Assembly: GCA_951406725.2 (NCBI GenBank)
Contig: OX597824.1
Span: forward strand, 18,662,001 to 18,726,000
Length of the DNA: 64,000 nucleotides
Reading direction: 5' to 3'
Source of the DNA: Octopus vulgaris
Taxonomy: Eukaryota
The notes under the pieces are model-generated. The model was not told where the DNA came from. It did not search any database and saw nothing but the letters and a program-made list of their open reading frames with translations. Position 1 is the first letter of the stretch. Every line of letters begins with the position of its first letter. A program made the translations under genes and the position numbers. Shown here piece after piece: positions 13,553 to 28,752 of this stretch.

Positions 13553-14152
13553 TTTTACACGCACACACATATATACATATTCCTTAATGTCGAGGCAGAA
13601 TATCAGTACTATAAAACAAAACTGAAGAGATATAACATCCTACCCTGGTGCACTCCTAGAGAAAACAACACAAATTTTAACCGTCGAATTCCTATCAATT
13701 TACACAATATCGTACCACGTACTCACGACTGTAGCTTTAGAACAATAAAACGCAGTATTGATCTTGGCGAAATTTGAACTCAGAACAATAACAACTAGAA
13801 CAACCGCTAAAAGGTATTCTTTGACTTTCTAAACAAACCCGGCCAATTCGCCACAATATCGCACAATATCAGACGATATTTGATAAACTTAGTAAATTTG
13901 ATATTATAACTTGCCATGTTATAAAAACCAACGTATTACACAGTTAACTGAACGCCTCCTCGTAAATGTTTGTTAAGCATGGCATTAGATATTTACAGGA
14001 TCAGAACACCTAGACTATTGCATATCATACAATTTTAATATCTGTTCACCAAGGATATTTCATGTTCTTTCATTTGACATTGATATTTAGTTTAGAAAGA
14101 TAGGCTACCATCATTAAAGTTTCAAGCCCTCGGGTTCCCTATCTGCACGAAA

Positions 14153-14230
<78 letters not shown>

Positions 14231-14349
14231 GTGCGTATTGCAGTAGAATGTAAATGATCGTGGAAATATTTTTATCATTGAAAAAAAATTCTCAGTTTGT
14301 ATTGCTACTTCTCTCTCTCTATCTCTTTCACTCTCACTCTTACTCTCTT

Positions 14350-14393
<44 letters not shown>

Positions 14394-14566
14394 TCTCGTC
14401 ACGATTCAGGTTTTTATTTTTCTTCGCAAAATTCGAGCTGGTCACTCACAACCAAGCTTTTATATGTATATAGATATATGGGCGCGTGTATATGAGTATA
14501 CGACGTATATATGTATGTATATATGTATGTATGTATGCATGTATGCAGACAGACAAACAGACAAGC

Positions 14567-14649
<83 letters not shown>

Positions 14650-15457
14650 CAGATAGATATTTGAAGATTCTCGATGACCGTTTCGGACGTACAAGTGAAG
14701 AACATTTGACATTGTAAAAAGATTTAATTGTCCAGCTTGATCCTAGTCATTCTTACTCACCGATTCACTCATTCATTCATCCATTCCACCCTGGCCCACC
14801 CCACCGCCATTCACCCTCATGCACAAACGTCCACACAAAATGATCTATTTTTCATGACATTGCCTTTACATATGTCCAGTAAAAATGTTGCTTTTAATAT
14901 GTTTTTTTTTTTTTTTTTGGCCGATACGTCTCTAATGAAGCATTAAATCACCACGATGGTGGACGACAGCTCAGAAGCCAAGTGTCCTCCCAAACGTGGA
15001 TCATGCTGTTAAAACAATCATTCATTTATGACAAACGGATTGCTTGATTAAATTATTTTCCAATCTAGTCCGCTTCGAAATAGCCCGTGTGTTACTACCA
15101 CTGCATGGTAGAGCTAACAATATAGGCAATGGAGCAAGGCAACTGGACCACAGGATTAGAGGCTTATATAAATGGTTGCCTTATATAAATGTTGCTGTTG
15201 TTGATGTTCTTGTTGTGGTTGCTGTTTAACCCCAAGTTTATTCTGCTGAGTAGACCAAGTTATTGCGTGGTATTGCTGGCATTAATGGCAATGGGGCGAG
15301 GAACTGGATCAGAGAATTAGCGGCTTATATAACAGTTGTAGTTGCTGTGTTCTTGTTTAACTCCAGATTAGCAATGTCCAGTAGGCTTCTGAACAAAATG
15401 GATTCCAGTCATGCTGTTTGTTTCATATTATATCTAACGCAAAATTATCAACATTAT

Positions 15458-15551
15458 AGGCGTAGGAGTGGCTGTGTGGTAAGTAGCTTGCTTACCAACC
15501 ACATGATTCCGGTTTCAGTCCCACTGCGTGGCACCTTGGGCAAGTGTCTTC

Positions 15552-15590
<39 letters not shown>

Positions 15591-15842
15591 TTGCGTGTAT
15601 GTTTCTGTGTCTGTGTTTGTCTCCCTAACATCGCTTGACAACCGTTGCTGGTGTGTTTACGTCCCCGTATCTTAGCGGTTCGGCAAAAGAGACCGGTAGA
15701 ATAACTACTAGGCTTACAAAAGAGACCGATAGAATACCTACTAGGCTTACTAGTCCTCGGGTCGATTTGCTCGACTAAAGGCGGTGCTCCAGCATGGTCA
15801 CAGTCAAATGACTGAAACACGTAAAAAAGTAAAAGAGTAAAA
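15458..15842 (+). mobile_element. SINE family B (internal deletion plus a small internal duplication)
   Basis: Sequence match. Confidence 0.85.
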
Positions 15843-16289
15843 TAGTACCATCTTTTTTTCAGGCGAATGGATACGATTTTGGAGAAGATTCTACTGCTAT
15901 TTTTCGCAGGTCGAGTGACTATACAAAAGTTCGTTTGTCGTCTTGATATGTCGTCTTGCTGTCGTAGTTTTCTTCTTCTTCTTCTTCTTCTTCTTCTTCT
16001 TCTTCTTCTAATCAGGACTCATGCCATTAGCCTCAAAGAATAATCTCTAATTCATGCCTACTCTAAGCTACTAAGAATGCGTACGGCAACTTGAAGATTC
16101 ACCCACCACACGCGATAAACTGGCGGTTGCACGGGCGCGAAGGCTATGTTATCATGATTCTGTAAACGGTGGCTTTTTTAACGGCTGGAGAGCTGAATAA
16201 TGCTGGGATACAGAGGATTCGCAATGTAGACTAGGGTCTGAAAGTTTACCATACTATAGTGGGTTACACCATGATTCCTCTGCTTTGTG

Positions 16290-16493
16290 GCAGAAGTAGG
16301 AAGGGTGAGAGAAAGTTGTGGTGAAAGAGTACAACGGGGTTCATCACCACCACCACCACTACCACCCCGCCGGAGCCTCGTGGAGCTTAGGTGTTTTTGC
16401 TCAATAAACACTCACAATGCCCGGTCTGGGGATCGAAACCGCGTTCTTACGACCGCGAGTCCGCTGCTCTAACCACTGGGCCATTGCGCCTCC
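16290..16493 (-). mobile_element. SINE family C, 5' portion
   Basis: Reverse complement of the family C head. Confidence 0.85.
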
Positions 16494-16759
16494 ACCGTTA
16501 TTGTTGTTTTGGTGTGTTGTTTTGGTGGTGGCGGTGGTCATTTAACTCTAGGTCAGCTCAAAAGGAATAGATCTATGAACAAAGATATCCCAGCATTGCC
16601 ACTTCGTATGTTTACGTGTAGCGAAGACAACAATATTGACTGTGTTTTTCTCAAATTTAAACTAGACAACAGGGTTTAAAGATTTGGTCGTATTTCTAGC
16701 AGGTCAAGTGGCTAAACTGTGACTCATTTGCCGGCTCGTTACATGAGTAATAAACTTGG

Positions 16760-17146
16760 GGAGGCGCAATGGCCCAGTGGTTAGGGTAGCGGACTCGCGG
16801 TCATAGGATCGCGGTTTCGATTCCTAGACCGGGCGTTGTGAGTGTTTATTGAGCGAAAACACCTAAAGCTCCACGAGGCTCCGGCAGGGGATGGTGGTGA
16901 TCCCTGCTGTACTCTTTCACCACAACTTTCTCTCACTCTTACTTCCTGTTTCTGTTGTACCTGTATTTCAAAGGGCCGGCCTTGTCACTCTCTGTGTCAC
17001 GCTGAATATCCCCGAGAACTGCGTTAAGGGTACACGTGTCTGTGGAGTGCTCAGCCACTTACACGTTAATTTCACGAGCAGGCTGTTCCGTTGATTCGGA
17101 TCAACCGGAACCCTCGTTGTCGTAACCGACGGAGTGCTTCCATCCC
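16760..17146 (+). mobile_element. SINE family C, full length
   Basis: Near-identical to 44007-44393; imperfect TSD aataaacttgg/aataatcttgg. Confidence 0.9.
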
Positions 17147-17313
17147 CAATAATCTTGGACAGCGAGATTTGATATTAAACTTGACATGTTCGATACCTAT
17201 TGCTTTGTTTACAGAAATATTGTAAAAGTTGAGATGTCAATTTTTCGTTTTCAAACTGCCTTTCAATAAAAAAATGAACACAGTTTAAATACAAAACGTC
17301 TTTGAAAGAATTA

Positions 17314-17659
17314 CGGGGATGTACTTGCATAGCAAGTGACCTGATCTGAGATCGTGTGCTGGAACGAAAACAATTGCAACGTGGAAGGTGTTTATAAGCC
17401 ATTTAAGAAACACACAAAACCGTTAGATTCACTTCAATATTTAAATTTAATTTGTCAAAATATTTTCGTCGCTTTGAGACCGCGACCCGTTCACTGACAA
17501 AATTCAATGACAAGATGCAGCACAGAATTTTGTCAGTGAACAGGTCGCGGTTTCAAAGCGACGAAAATATTTTGACAAATTAAATCTAAATGTTGAAGTG
17601 AATCTAAAGGATTTTGCGTGTTTCTTAAATGGCTTATAAACACATTCCACGCTGCAATT
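17314..17659. mobile_element. TSD-bounded foldback insertion carrying two outward-facing variant hammerheads
   Basis: Arms 17371-17505 and 17525-17660; 16-bp TSD gtctttgaaagaatta at 17298-17313 and 17660-17675. Confidence 0.85.
17529..17579 (+). ncRNA. Hammerhead-like fold with a G3-C8 swapped core (GUGAACA)
   Basis: tttgtca-GTGAACA-g-gtcgc(ggtttcaaa)gcgac-GAAA-atat-TT-tgacaaa: 7-bp stem I, 5-bp stem II, palindromic stem III. Confidence 0.65.
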
Positions 17660-18030
17660 GTCTTTGAAAGAATTAGAAAATTATAAACTTCACTTCTATT
17701 TTCATTTTCAGAAAAATATATGTTATATTAGGTTGTTTTTAATTAGATAAATTATTGAAATTAGAGTTGTCGTCTTAACTTATATAATCTTATTGTATTT
17801 CATATTCTACAATCTCAATATTAACATTGTACGATAATTCACATTTACTTCCAAGAAGACTTTTCTGTGAACAATGCTGCTAGTCTAGGTTCTGTTCTCA
17901 TAATTATGATGTCCTTCTGGCTGATTTCAGAAAGATTTGACTTTCATTTTCTAACAGATCGAGTAGCCATATAAGGGCTCGTAGGTGTGTGTGTTTAAGT
18001 GTAAATGTTTGTAATATTTAGGGCAGACAA

Positions 18031-18430
18031 GGCGGCGAACTGGCAGACACGTTAGTACGCGGGGCGAAATGCTTAGTGGTATTTCGTCTGCCGTTACGTT
18101 CTGAGTTCCAATTCCGCCGAGGTCGATTTTGCTTTTCATCCTTTCGGGGTCGATTAAATAAGTACCATTTACACACTGGAGTCGATGTAATCGATTTAAT
18201 CCGTTTGTCTATCCTTGTTTGTCCACTCTGTGTGTAGCCCCTTGTGGGCAGTAAAAAAAAAAAGGTATTTCGTCTGCCGCTACATTCTGAGTTGAAATTC
18301 CGCCGAGGTCGACTTTGCCTTTCATCCTTTCGGGGTCGATAAATTAAGTGCCTATTGCGTACTAGGGTAGATCTAATCGACTGGCCTCCTCCCCAAAAAT
18401 GTCGAGCCTTGTGCCTAGAGTAGAAAAGAA
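18031..18430 (+). mobile_element. SINE family A dimer
   Basis: Same module order as 7621-8017. Confidence 0.85.
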
Positions 18431-19399
18431 TATTTGTGGCAACTGAATTTTTTTAATCATAATTTTGTTCACAATATCAACGCAACACTCCAATGGAATG
18501 TCTTAGCCACAATTTCCTCACACATTATTTATTAATTAACAGTAAATGAGGAGTAAATGAGGAGTAGTAAATGAGGAGTTTCAGAGCATCATTTCTTATT
18601 CACAATTGTTGTATATCAAAAAGCATTCAGGGGGGAAAACAGTATGTTTACCTCACAAACAGCAGAATTAATTGTGTTCTTGACTGAAAGACTTTGTAAA
18701 ATACTTTATACACCACAAAAATAACCAGCGTCAGGTGGGAGCATGAACAACATGTCAATAAATCGAAGTAGATTTAAGGTAGAATTAGCATTTTAAAAAA
18801 CTGAGAATTTTTGTTAATCTCTCTCTATTATTTCAATCACTTTTCCCTTTATTCTTCATGTCTCCTAGAAGTCTCTATTTCCTTTCATCAAATTCTATTC
18901 TTGTATTTGTGTGTGGAATATTCTTGGCAATTTTTTCGGTGTGTCTCGAAAAAATAAAAATAATAATAATAATAATGAACTTCTTTCAAAAATAAAACAC
19001 AGAAGTTTTTCTACCATACGTAGAATTTATATATTGAAGAAAAGAAAAAAAAAACATTCAATGTTTTCGTATTTCATTTCTCAGATAAATTGCTTGAAAA
19101 TTGGAGGAGAGCGTATGACAAACGGACAGACGAACGGAGAAGCAAGGCACATAACGTTGTTGTTTGTTCCTTCCCGGCTCATAAGGGCTGGTTTCCCGGT
19201 TTCAATGGCGTATCGGCTCCCCACCTGAACGGTACGCCGGTTCCCGTAACTTAGCGGTTCGGCAAAATAGATCCATAGCATAAGTACTAGGCTTACAAAG
19301 AATAAATCCTGGGGTCAATTTGCTTAACTAAAGGCGGTGCACCAGCATGGCCGCAGTCAAATAGCTGAAGAAAGTAAAAGAGTAAAAGAGTAAAGGCCC

Positions 19400-20115
19400 G
19401 GCACTTATTCCCTCGGTTTCCTTTACCAAATCGTTAAGTCACGGGAACATAAACACTCTAGCCCTGGCCCATCAATCGGTTTGGGAGGATAAACACAGAC
19501 ATAAATACACCCCCCCCCACACACACACACACGACAGGTTTCTTTCAGGCACCGAGCTGGCAGAATCGTTAGCATGTCGGGCGAAATGCTTATCGGTATT
19601 TCGTCTGCCGCTACGTTCTGAGTTCAAATTCCGCCGAGGTCGACTTTGCCTTTCATCCTTTCGGGGTCGATAAATTAAGTACCAGTTACGCACTGGGGTC
19701 GATGTAATCGACTTTATACCTATGTCTGTCCTTGTTTGTCCCCCCCCCCCCCTGTGTTTAGCTCCTTGTGGGTAATAAAGAAATAGGTATTTCGTCTGCC
19801 GCTACGTTTTGAGTCCAAATTCCGTCGAGGTCGACTTTGCCTTTCATCCTTTCGGGGTGGATTAAATAAGTACCAGTTACGCACTGGGGTCGATATAATC
19901 GACTTAATCCGTTTTTCTGTCCTTGTTTGTCCTCTCTGTGTTTAGCCCCTTGTGAGTAGTAAAGAAATAAGGTTTCTTTCAGTTTCCATCTACCAAATCC
20001 ACTAACAAGGCTTTGGTCGACCCGTGGCTATAATAGAAGACACTTGCCCAGGATGACACACAGTGGGACTGAACTTGGAACCATGTGGTCGCGTACCAAA
20101 CATCTTACGACAGAG
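19400..20115 (-). mobile_element. SINE family B (minus) interrupted by a family A dimer (+, 19549-19969)
   Basis: TSD aggtttctttcag on both sides of the nested family A copy. Confidence 0.8.
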
Positions 20116-20179
20116 CCACGAATTAAAACGGTAAAATCTGGTACTATTTGTAATTGCTTGCTGCGAAAACGTAATTTTG

Positions 20180-21032
20180 TGTATATGTGTGGGCGTGTAT
20201 GTGTGTGCGTAAGTGTGTGTGCGCGTGAGTGTTTGTTTGCGAACGTGTGTGTGTGTTTGGTGTGTGAGTGTGCGTGTATGTGTGTGTGTGCGTGCGTGTA
20301 TGTGTGCGTGAGTGTTTGCGTGGGAACGTGTTTGTGAGTGTATGTGTATGTGCGTGAGTGCGTGTAGGTGTGTGTGAGTGTGCGTGTATGTGAGTGCATG
20401 CGTGTGTGTGTGCGCGAGTGTTTGTGTGCGAACGTGTTTGCGAGCGTGTGTGTGTGTGAGTGCGTGTATGTGTGTGCGCGAGTGTTTGTGTGCGAACGAG
20501 TGTGTGTGTGTACGAGAGTGCGTGTATGTGTGTGCGTGCGTGTGTATGTGTGTGAGTGTGTGTGTAGGAACGCGTTTGTGAGTGTATGTATGTGTGAGTG
20601 AGTGCGTGTATGTGTGTGTGTGAGTGTGAGTGTACGTGTATGTGTGTGAATGCGTGTGTGTGTGTGAATGCGTGTGTGTGTACGTGAGTATTTGCGTGCG
20701 AACTTGTTTGTGAGTATGTGTGTGTGAGTGAGTGTATGTGTGTGCCTGCGTGTGTATGTGCGTGATTGTTTGCGTGGGAACGTGTTTGTCAGTGTGTGTA
20801 TGTTCATGAGTGCGTGTGTATGTGTGTGTGAGTGCACATGTATGTGTGTGTGTGTGTGTGAGTGTGTGTGTAGGCGCGAGTGCTTGTGAGCGTGTGTGAG
20901 TGTGTGTGAGAGTGCGTATATGTGTGCGTGTATGTGAGTGCGTGTATGTGTGTGCGTGTATGTGTGTGCGCGAGTGATTGCGTGCGAGGGTGTATGTGCG
21001 TGTATGTGTGTAAAGGTGTGTGTGTGTGTATG
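20180..21032. repeat. Complex (GT/GC/GA) low-complexity array
   Basis: Recurring gaacgtgtttg/gcgcgagtgtttg motifs within (TG)n. Confidence 0.9.
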
Positions 21033-21386
21033 TGATGATGTATACCCGAGTGGTTGAGGTAACTGAGCTCGCTATCGTAAGATCGTGATTTCAAATCTTG
21101 GACCGCATTCTGCATTCCGTCCTTAAGCAAATTCCATCATCTCATGTTGCCCCAATCGACTCTGCTGGAAATGCGAACCAGCATAATCAAGAGGTTAAGA
21201 AACTTGCTTCGCAACAACTTGGTCCCTTGTTCAATCTCATCACGTCACATTGGGCGGGGCGGAGAGAGGACCAAATATCGTTTTCTGTAATTTTTAGTCA
21301 ACCTATGTTTTATGTGTAAAATTATGAGACGGAAACTATCAAGAAGCCTGTCGAATTGATTGCACATGTAATTTAAAAATTACATA

Positions 21387-21790
21387 CAGGAGTGGCTGTG
21401 TGGTAAGTAGCTTGCCTACCAACCACATGGTTCCGGGTTCAGTCCCACTGCGTGGCATCTTGGGCAAGTGTCTTCTGCTATAGCCCCGGGTCGACCAATG
21501 CCTTGTGATTGGATTTGGTAGACGGAAACTGAAAGAAGCCTGTCGTATATATGTATATATATATATATGTATGTGTGTGTTTGTGTGTCTGTGTTTGTCC
21601 CCCTAGCATTGCTTGACAACCGATGCTGGTGTGTTTACGTCCCCGTCACTTAGCGGTTCGGCAAAAAGAGGCCGATAGAATAAGTACTGGGCTTACAAAG
21701 AATAAGTTCCGGGGTCGATTTGCTCGACTAAAGGCGGTGCTCCAGCATGGCCGCAGTCAAATGACTGAAACAAGTAAAAGAGTAAAAGAG
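21387..21790 (+). mobile_element. SINE family B, full length
   Basis: Sequence match. Confidence 0.9.
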
Positions 21791-22959
21791 TATATACTCT
21801 GTCACGTTGGTTCTGCCTGAGAATTACGTTAAGGCCAAACTTGACTATGGAATGCTCTCATTGAGAGCAAATAATTCATTCAGTTCATCATACATTCGAA
21901 ACCGACGGAGGACCATCCATATACGTCTGTATACGTTTATTTATAAGCGCAAATTGTAGACAGATTTATATACGGTTTTAGAAGCCGTGTGATGAATCAA
22001 AGCGTGTTAAGCAAATTCATAAATTTAGTATGAGGTTAACAACCCTTCCTCAGAGATTCTATGCAACACATGTAAACCCCCGAGGCGTTGCTGACGACAT
22101 GTCATCGGTTTGCGGACCAGAAGAAAGTCAAGATGTGTTGATAAGGAAATCGTTTGCCAGTGTTTTTCTTTGATTGTCACAAGTTTCTATTTCGCTCATC
22201 CTCCGTTGTTGTCTTACACCATTTCGCTATACGAACGTTGTTTACGACATTTCACTTCTTTCCTTAACTCCCTTTCTAACCTAACTTCCTCTCTACTGCT
22301 CCTCAAGCACCTATCGTCATCCACTACGACACTCCACGGGAGGAAGATATTCATTTGATTAGCGTGAGATATTTCCGCCTCTATCTATATACAAACATGT
22401 ACGACAGCTCAGTTTGTAGCCAACTGATGACAGATTAGATCCGATAAAGCACAGTTTACACATTGCCCTTCCATCGTCAATGAAGCAGAGTTGACAGAAG
22501 CCAAGCTAAAACAAGGCCGTACAAGACGACGAGACATCTCGTCTAATTGAGGAAACTGACGTCTGCATGCAATTTTCGCGACTAACATCGCAGCGACTGC
22601 CAAAGCTACGCGCTTTGCCTGATTGGCAACGGTATAAATGCCAGGATATGAAAGAGAATCTGCCTATTTTTATATTCGTCTGAATGAAATCAGCTGCCAC
22701 ACTGACCAGGTCAAGTGTACACCTTACAATAACTGTAGGAAGCGAAAATGTGTGAATGAAAGATTGATTGCGTGGTGAGGAGGAAGGTGCGGAGAAGGCC
22801 TGTGGGTTAGTTATTGCTTTGTGTTACATGAACGCATCTCTCGTAAGCTTCAATGATGTGAACACAAAATGGATTTATTACCAGAAATATCCTCTTTAAC
22901 GGCTACAAAATAAATATGAATACACACATGCATAAATATGTATATATATGTATATATGC

Positions 22960-23000
<41 letters not shown>

Positions 23001-23017
23001 CATATATATATATATAT

Positions 23018-23056
<39 letters not shown>

Positions 23057-23371
23057 CATATATATATAGGTATATATATGTATATATATATGTATATATA
23101 TATATTTATATATATATTTATATATATGTATATATACACATATATATACATACATATATATATATGTATATATATGTATATATATATTATGTATATATAT
23201 ACATATATACATATATATATATAAATATGTATATATATTATGTATATATACATATATACATATATATATAAATATGTATATATCTATATTTATACACGCA
23301 GACACACACAGACACACACATACATATACATACATATATATATATATATATACATGTATATATATATATAT

Positions 23372-23421
<50 letters not shown>

Positions 23422-24194
23422 GCACACTGGTGAATACATGTAAGTAGTAGTAGTAGTAGTAGTAGTTTTGGTTTGAGAGAAGAAAGGGAAACAGAATTAC
23501 ACACACTTCTTTCTTCGTTCACACAATTTGATGATGGCCGTCTCCTATTTTATAGCTATAAATTAATAGCCTGCAGTCTCGTCTTGTAACTCATTGATCC
23601 ATGTTTATGATATCATATGTTAATATACGCAAATCATCCGCTTTATCTCTTCCTTTCTTTCTTCTACAATACACTGTTCCCATCTCTGTTTCCCTCACTC
23701 TTTCTTTCTCTCTGTTTGTTTATCTCCCTTGCTTCTCTCTCTTTCTCTCTCTCTCTCTCTAATTGTTTCTTTTTCTTTCTTTCTTGTTCTCGTTATTTTC
23801 CCCTTTATATATTCAAGCTTAATTGTTATATGATTTAACGATGCTATTTATAACAATAAATTCCTATATGTGTGTTCAGGCGCCGTACATTGAGTAAACG
23901 GTAATGTTTCTGTATAGCTTAAATCGGTGATGCGGTTTCGATTTCCACTCCATGTAAATTTGGTTTTATTTTCTTTTGAGGGTTATTATTAACCTCATCA
24001 AAAACACACCATCTATTCTCCATAAAACACACAGAAAATAACTACACCGTGAGGGATAAACAGGGAGTAAATACGACTTAAATATCATCTTCAGCAACTG
24101 CAACAATAATAGGGAGAACAATATAGAAATCAGAGAGATAAACGAGTACACTCACTCTCTATTTCTCTCTACCACTCCACCCCTCACTCTCCCC

Positions 24195-24224
<30 letters not shown>

Positions 24225-24226
<2 letters not shown>

Positions 24227-24455
24227 TTCTTTACTACCCACAAAGGGCTAAACACAGAGAGGACAAACAAGGACAGACAAACGGATTAAGTCGATTACAT
24301 CGACCCCGGTGAGTAACTGGTACTTAGTTTATCGACCCCGAAAGGATGAAAGGCAAAGTCGACCTCGGCGGAATTTGAACTCGGAATGTAACGGCAGACG
24401 AAATACGGCAACGCATTTCGCCCGGCCTGCTAACGGTTCTGCCAGCTCGCCGCCT
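24225..24455 (-). mobile_element. SINE family A
   Basis: Sequence match. Confidence 0.9.
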
Positions 24456-24675
24456 TCGTATATATATATGTGTAGTCGCCATCGTGTATGCGTCCAAAAG
24501 GGTAAAATGAATTGGTTTGATGAAAATTGAACTGTCACTTCTTAATTAATTAGAAATTAATTTTTATAGTGAACATGCTTAGATAATTCAAAGAGACAAC
24601 AATTTAAAGATCCTCCTGAGCTTTAGTGTTATAATGTAAGTATCGAAGGAAGTATTTGTTTTATATTACTATTTA

Positions 24676-25070
24676 GGCACAGGAGTGGCTGAGCGGTAAA
24701 TAGCTTGCTGAACATACACATGGTTCCGGGTTCAGTCCCACTACGTGGCACTTTGGGTAAGTGTCTTCTACTATAGCCATGGGCCGACCAAAGACTTGTG
24801 AGTGGATTTGGTAGACGGAAACTGAAAGACGCCCGTCGTATATATGTATATTTATGTGTGTGTGTTTGTATGTCTGTTTGTCCCCCCCCCCCCAGCATCG
24901 CTTGACAACCGATGCTGGTGTGCTTACGTCCCCGTATCTTAACGGTTCGGCAAAAGAGACCGATGGAATAAGTACTAGGCTTACAAAGACTAAGTCCTGG
25001 GGTCGATTTGCTCGACTAAAGGCTGTGCTCCAGCATGGCCGCAGTCAAATGGCTGAAAAAGAGTAAAGAG
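24676..25070 (+). mobile_element. SINE family B
   Basis: Sequence match. Confidence 0.9.
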
Positions 25071-25129
25071 TAATTAATTTGCTTGAATAAATGTTGATAG
25101 ATAGATAGATATACAAACAGACAGATAGT

Positions 25130-25247
<118 letters not shown>

Positions 25248-25258
25248 TACAGACAGAC

Positions 25259-25448
<190 letters not shown>

Positions 25449-25676
25449 ATGCCAGCAAGTTCAGTGAGAGCTCAGTCGATATATCGACCCCAGAGATCAA
25501 ATAGTATTTATTTTACGTACCCCGAAACTATCAAAGCAAAGTCAACCTTGGCGGCATTTGGCCTCGGAACATAAAGACGGGCGAAATGCTGTTGATTATT
25601 TTGCCCGCCATGCCAACGAGTCTATCAGTTCGCCGCCTCAGGGACGACAGCAGCAGCAGCAGCAACAACAGCAGCA

Positions 25677-25774
<98 letters not shown>

Positions 25775-25789
25775 TAATAATAATTTTGA

Positions 25790-26396
<607 letters not shown>

Positions 26397-26397
26397 C

Positions 26398-26990
26398 TCT
26401 GACATGACAGAGTTGGAACCTACATACATTGGAAGCTATGCCAACATTATGGAATAACAACAGAAAAAAGATGGTATAGGCACACACCAGAAAAGGTCAC
26501 AGAAAACGAGAAAGCAACCATACTCTGGGATATGCCGATACACACAGATAGAGAAATTAAGGCCAACAGACCAGATATAGTTGTCAGAGATCATGAAGAA
26601 AAAAATGCTTTTTAATTGATGTATCAATACCGGCAGATGACAACGTGTCTCTAAAAGAAATGGAGAAACTCTCAAAATACAAAGACCTGGAAATAGAGGT
26701 AACTAGAATGTGGAATCTGAAAACAGAAACAATTCCTATCATAGTAGGTGCATTAGGCATGATAAAAAAATATTCAGACAAATACATAACAAAAACACCA
26801 GGACTTACAAACACATATAACATACAGAAAATTGCACTACTAGGCACTGCCCACATCCTACGCAGAACACTTTCCATACAATAACCATCAGAGCATCACA
26901 ACAAATCACAGCACATACCCAAGGCACACAGAGCTGCGCTCGGTAGTGAAGTGAAAGCACGCTATAAAAATAAAAATAAAACTACTGAAT
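26398..26990 (+). pseudogene. R4/Dong-clade LINE 3' end: restriction-like endonuclease domain, 3' UTR and (AAT)n tail
   Basis: HDRVGTYIHWKLC..ILWDMPIHTDREIKANRPDIVV..LIDVSIP..EKLSKYKDL..IPIIVGALG; one frameshift near 26605; stop at 26882-26884. Confidence 0.85.
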
Positions 26991-27049
26991 AATAATAATA
27001 ATAACAATAATAATGATAAATGCCATGATGCAGTACCAGACAGTGGCTC

Positions 27050-27522
27050 TCAGAGAAGTTTGGATTTGGTCATTCAACCATTTATCGACACCAGCACTAA
27101 ACGACCATCTTTGTCTTTCAAGACGAAAGGTCTTCTTCCATCAAGATAATGCTCGGCCTTGTACAGCGTGAATGACATTCCAAGGGCTGGAGCAGTTTGA
27201 ATGGGAAACGATGCCCCACCCACCATATTCGCCGGACATTGCTCCATCTGATTATCATTTATTCTGCAGTCTTCAAAATCATCTGCACGGAAAAAATATG
27301 AATTCTGTAGACGTAGTCAGAACAGCACTGGAGGAGTATTTTTCGTCACGGACAAGTGAATTTTGGAAGAGAGGTCTTGCAAGTCTAACAGATAGGTGAA
27401 AGAACATTGTAGAAAATGAAGGAGAGTATATTTTAGATTTAAAAAGAATTTGTTTGTCTAAATTTTGAAAAAAATAAAAGAAGTATTTAAAAAATCGCAT
27501 TATTTATGGGATGACGCGATAT
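27050..27522 (+). pseudogene. Mariner (DD34D) transposase C-terminal remnant with probable 3' TIR
   Basis: FHQDNARP..(34 aa)..HPPYSPDIAPSDYHLF, with in-frame stops. Confidence 0.85.
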
Positions 27523-27664
27523 ATTCAAGTTGGGTCAAATGTCACGCACAAATAAGTTCAGTAAGGCCCAGAACTGTCAGACATGCTTCAGTTTTCCTAA
27601 AATTGAATAAAATAAAATAATGATGATGAAGACACGCGTACTTGTACATGTTGGACAAAAAGAA

Positions 27665-27735
<71 letters not shown>

Positions 27736-27828
27736 ACAATAATAATAATAATAATAATATTAATAATAATGATAATAATAATAATAATAATAATAATGAT
27801 AATAATAATAATGATAATAATAATAATG

Positions 27829-27974
<146 letters not shown>

Positions 27975-28752
27975 AAGAAGAAGAAGAAGAAGAAGAAGAA
28001 GAAGAAGAATGTAATATAAATAAAATGTCAAATGTTTTTGTGACTTTTGGCCCACCTTGTATGCGGATGGATGGGTAGACGTTACTGTTCTCGCTCTCAC
28101 TTTGTTCGGAACCATTTGTCTTTGTTGTTGATTATATAGAATGATGAGATTTAAAAGAATAAATAAATAAAATAGACTGACAAAGAGAAAAGTACTAAAA
28201 CTGATATGTATGAGGTGAATTTAATCTGAATTAAGTGTCCGTGTGATATAGAGGAAGTCTTTAACAATGGGAAACTCCGGTACACACAAATTTGATGGCT
28301 TTTCCAACATGGTGATTATACATGAAACTTTCTGTATATGTTTCGAGAGAGTAACACACAATATTCTTTATTCATGTAGATCAGCTAAGAAGAGCGTATC
28401 TGCTTTATTTAGTTATTGATATTCAAATTCATGAACTGTCATTGCGAAAAACGTGTTGAACGAGAAGTTCTAAACGCGTAAAGGTGAAGAGCAGTGTTGA
28501 GCCGAAAGATTTGTTTAATTCGTGGTGGAATGACATGTTTTTCATTCCGGGAAAATCTGGTCTTCGATCTTGATTTCATGTAAATGAGTTTCCGAATTCT
28601 TGTTCCATTGCTAAGCCTATTAACTGAAACTTACTGTGCATAATATGTAATTAAATTGCAACTCTTAGGAAACTCTATTGAATAATTGTACAGGTTGTCT
28701 TTTTCATCGTCGTAGTCATTATTCTGGTTGCTGACAATAACTTTATCATTCA

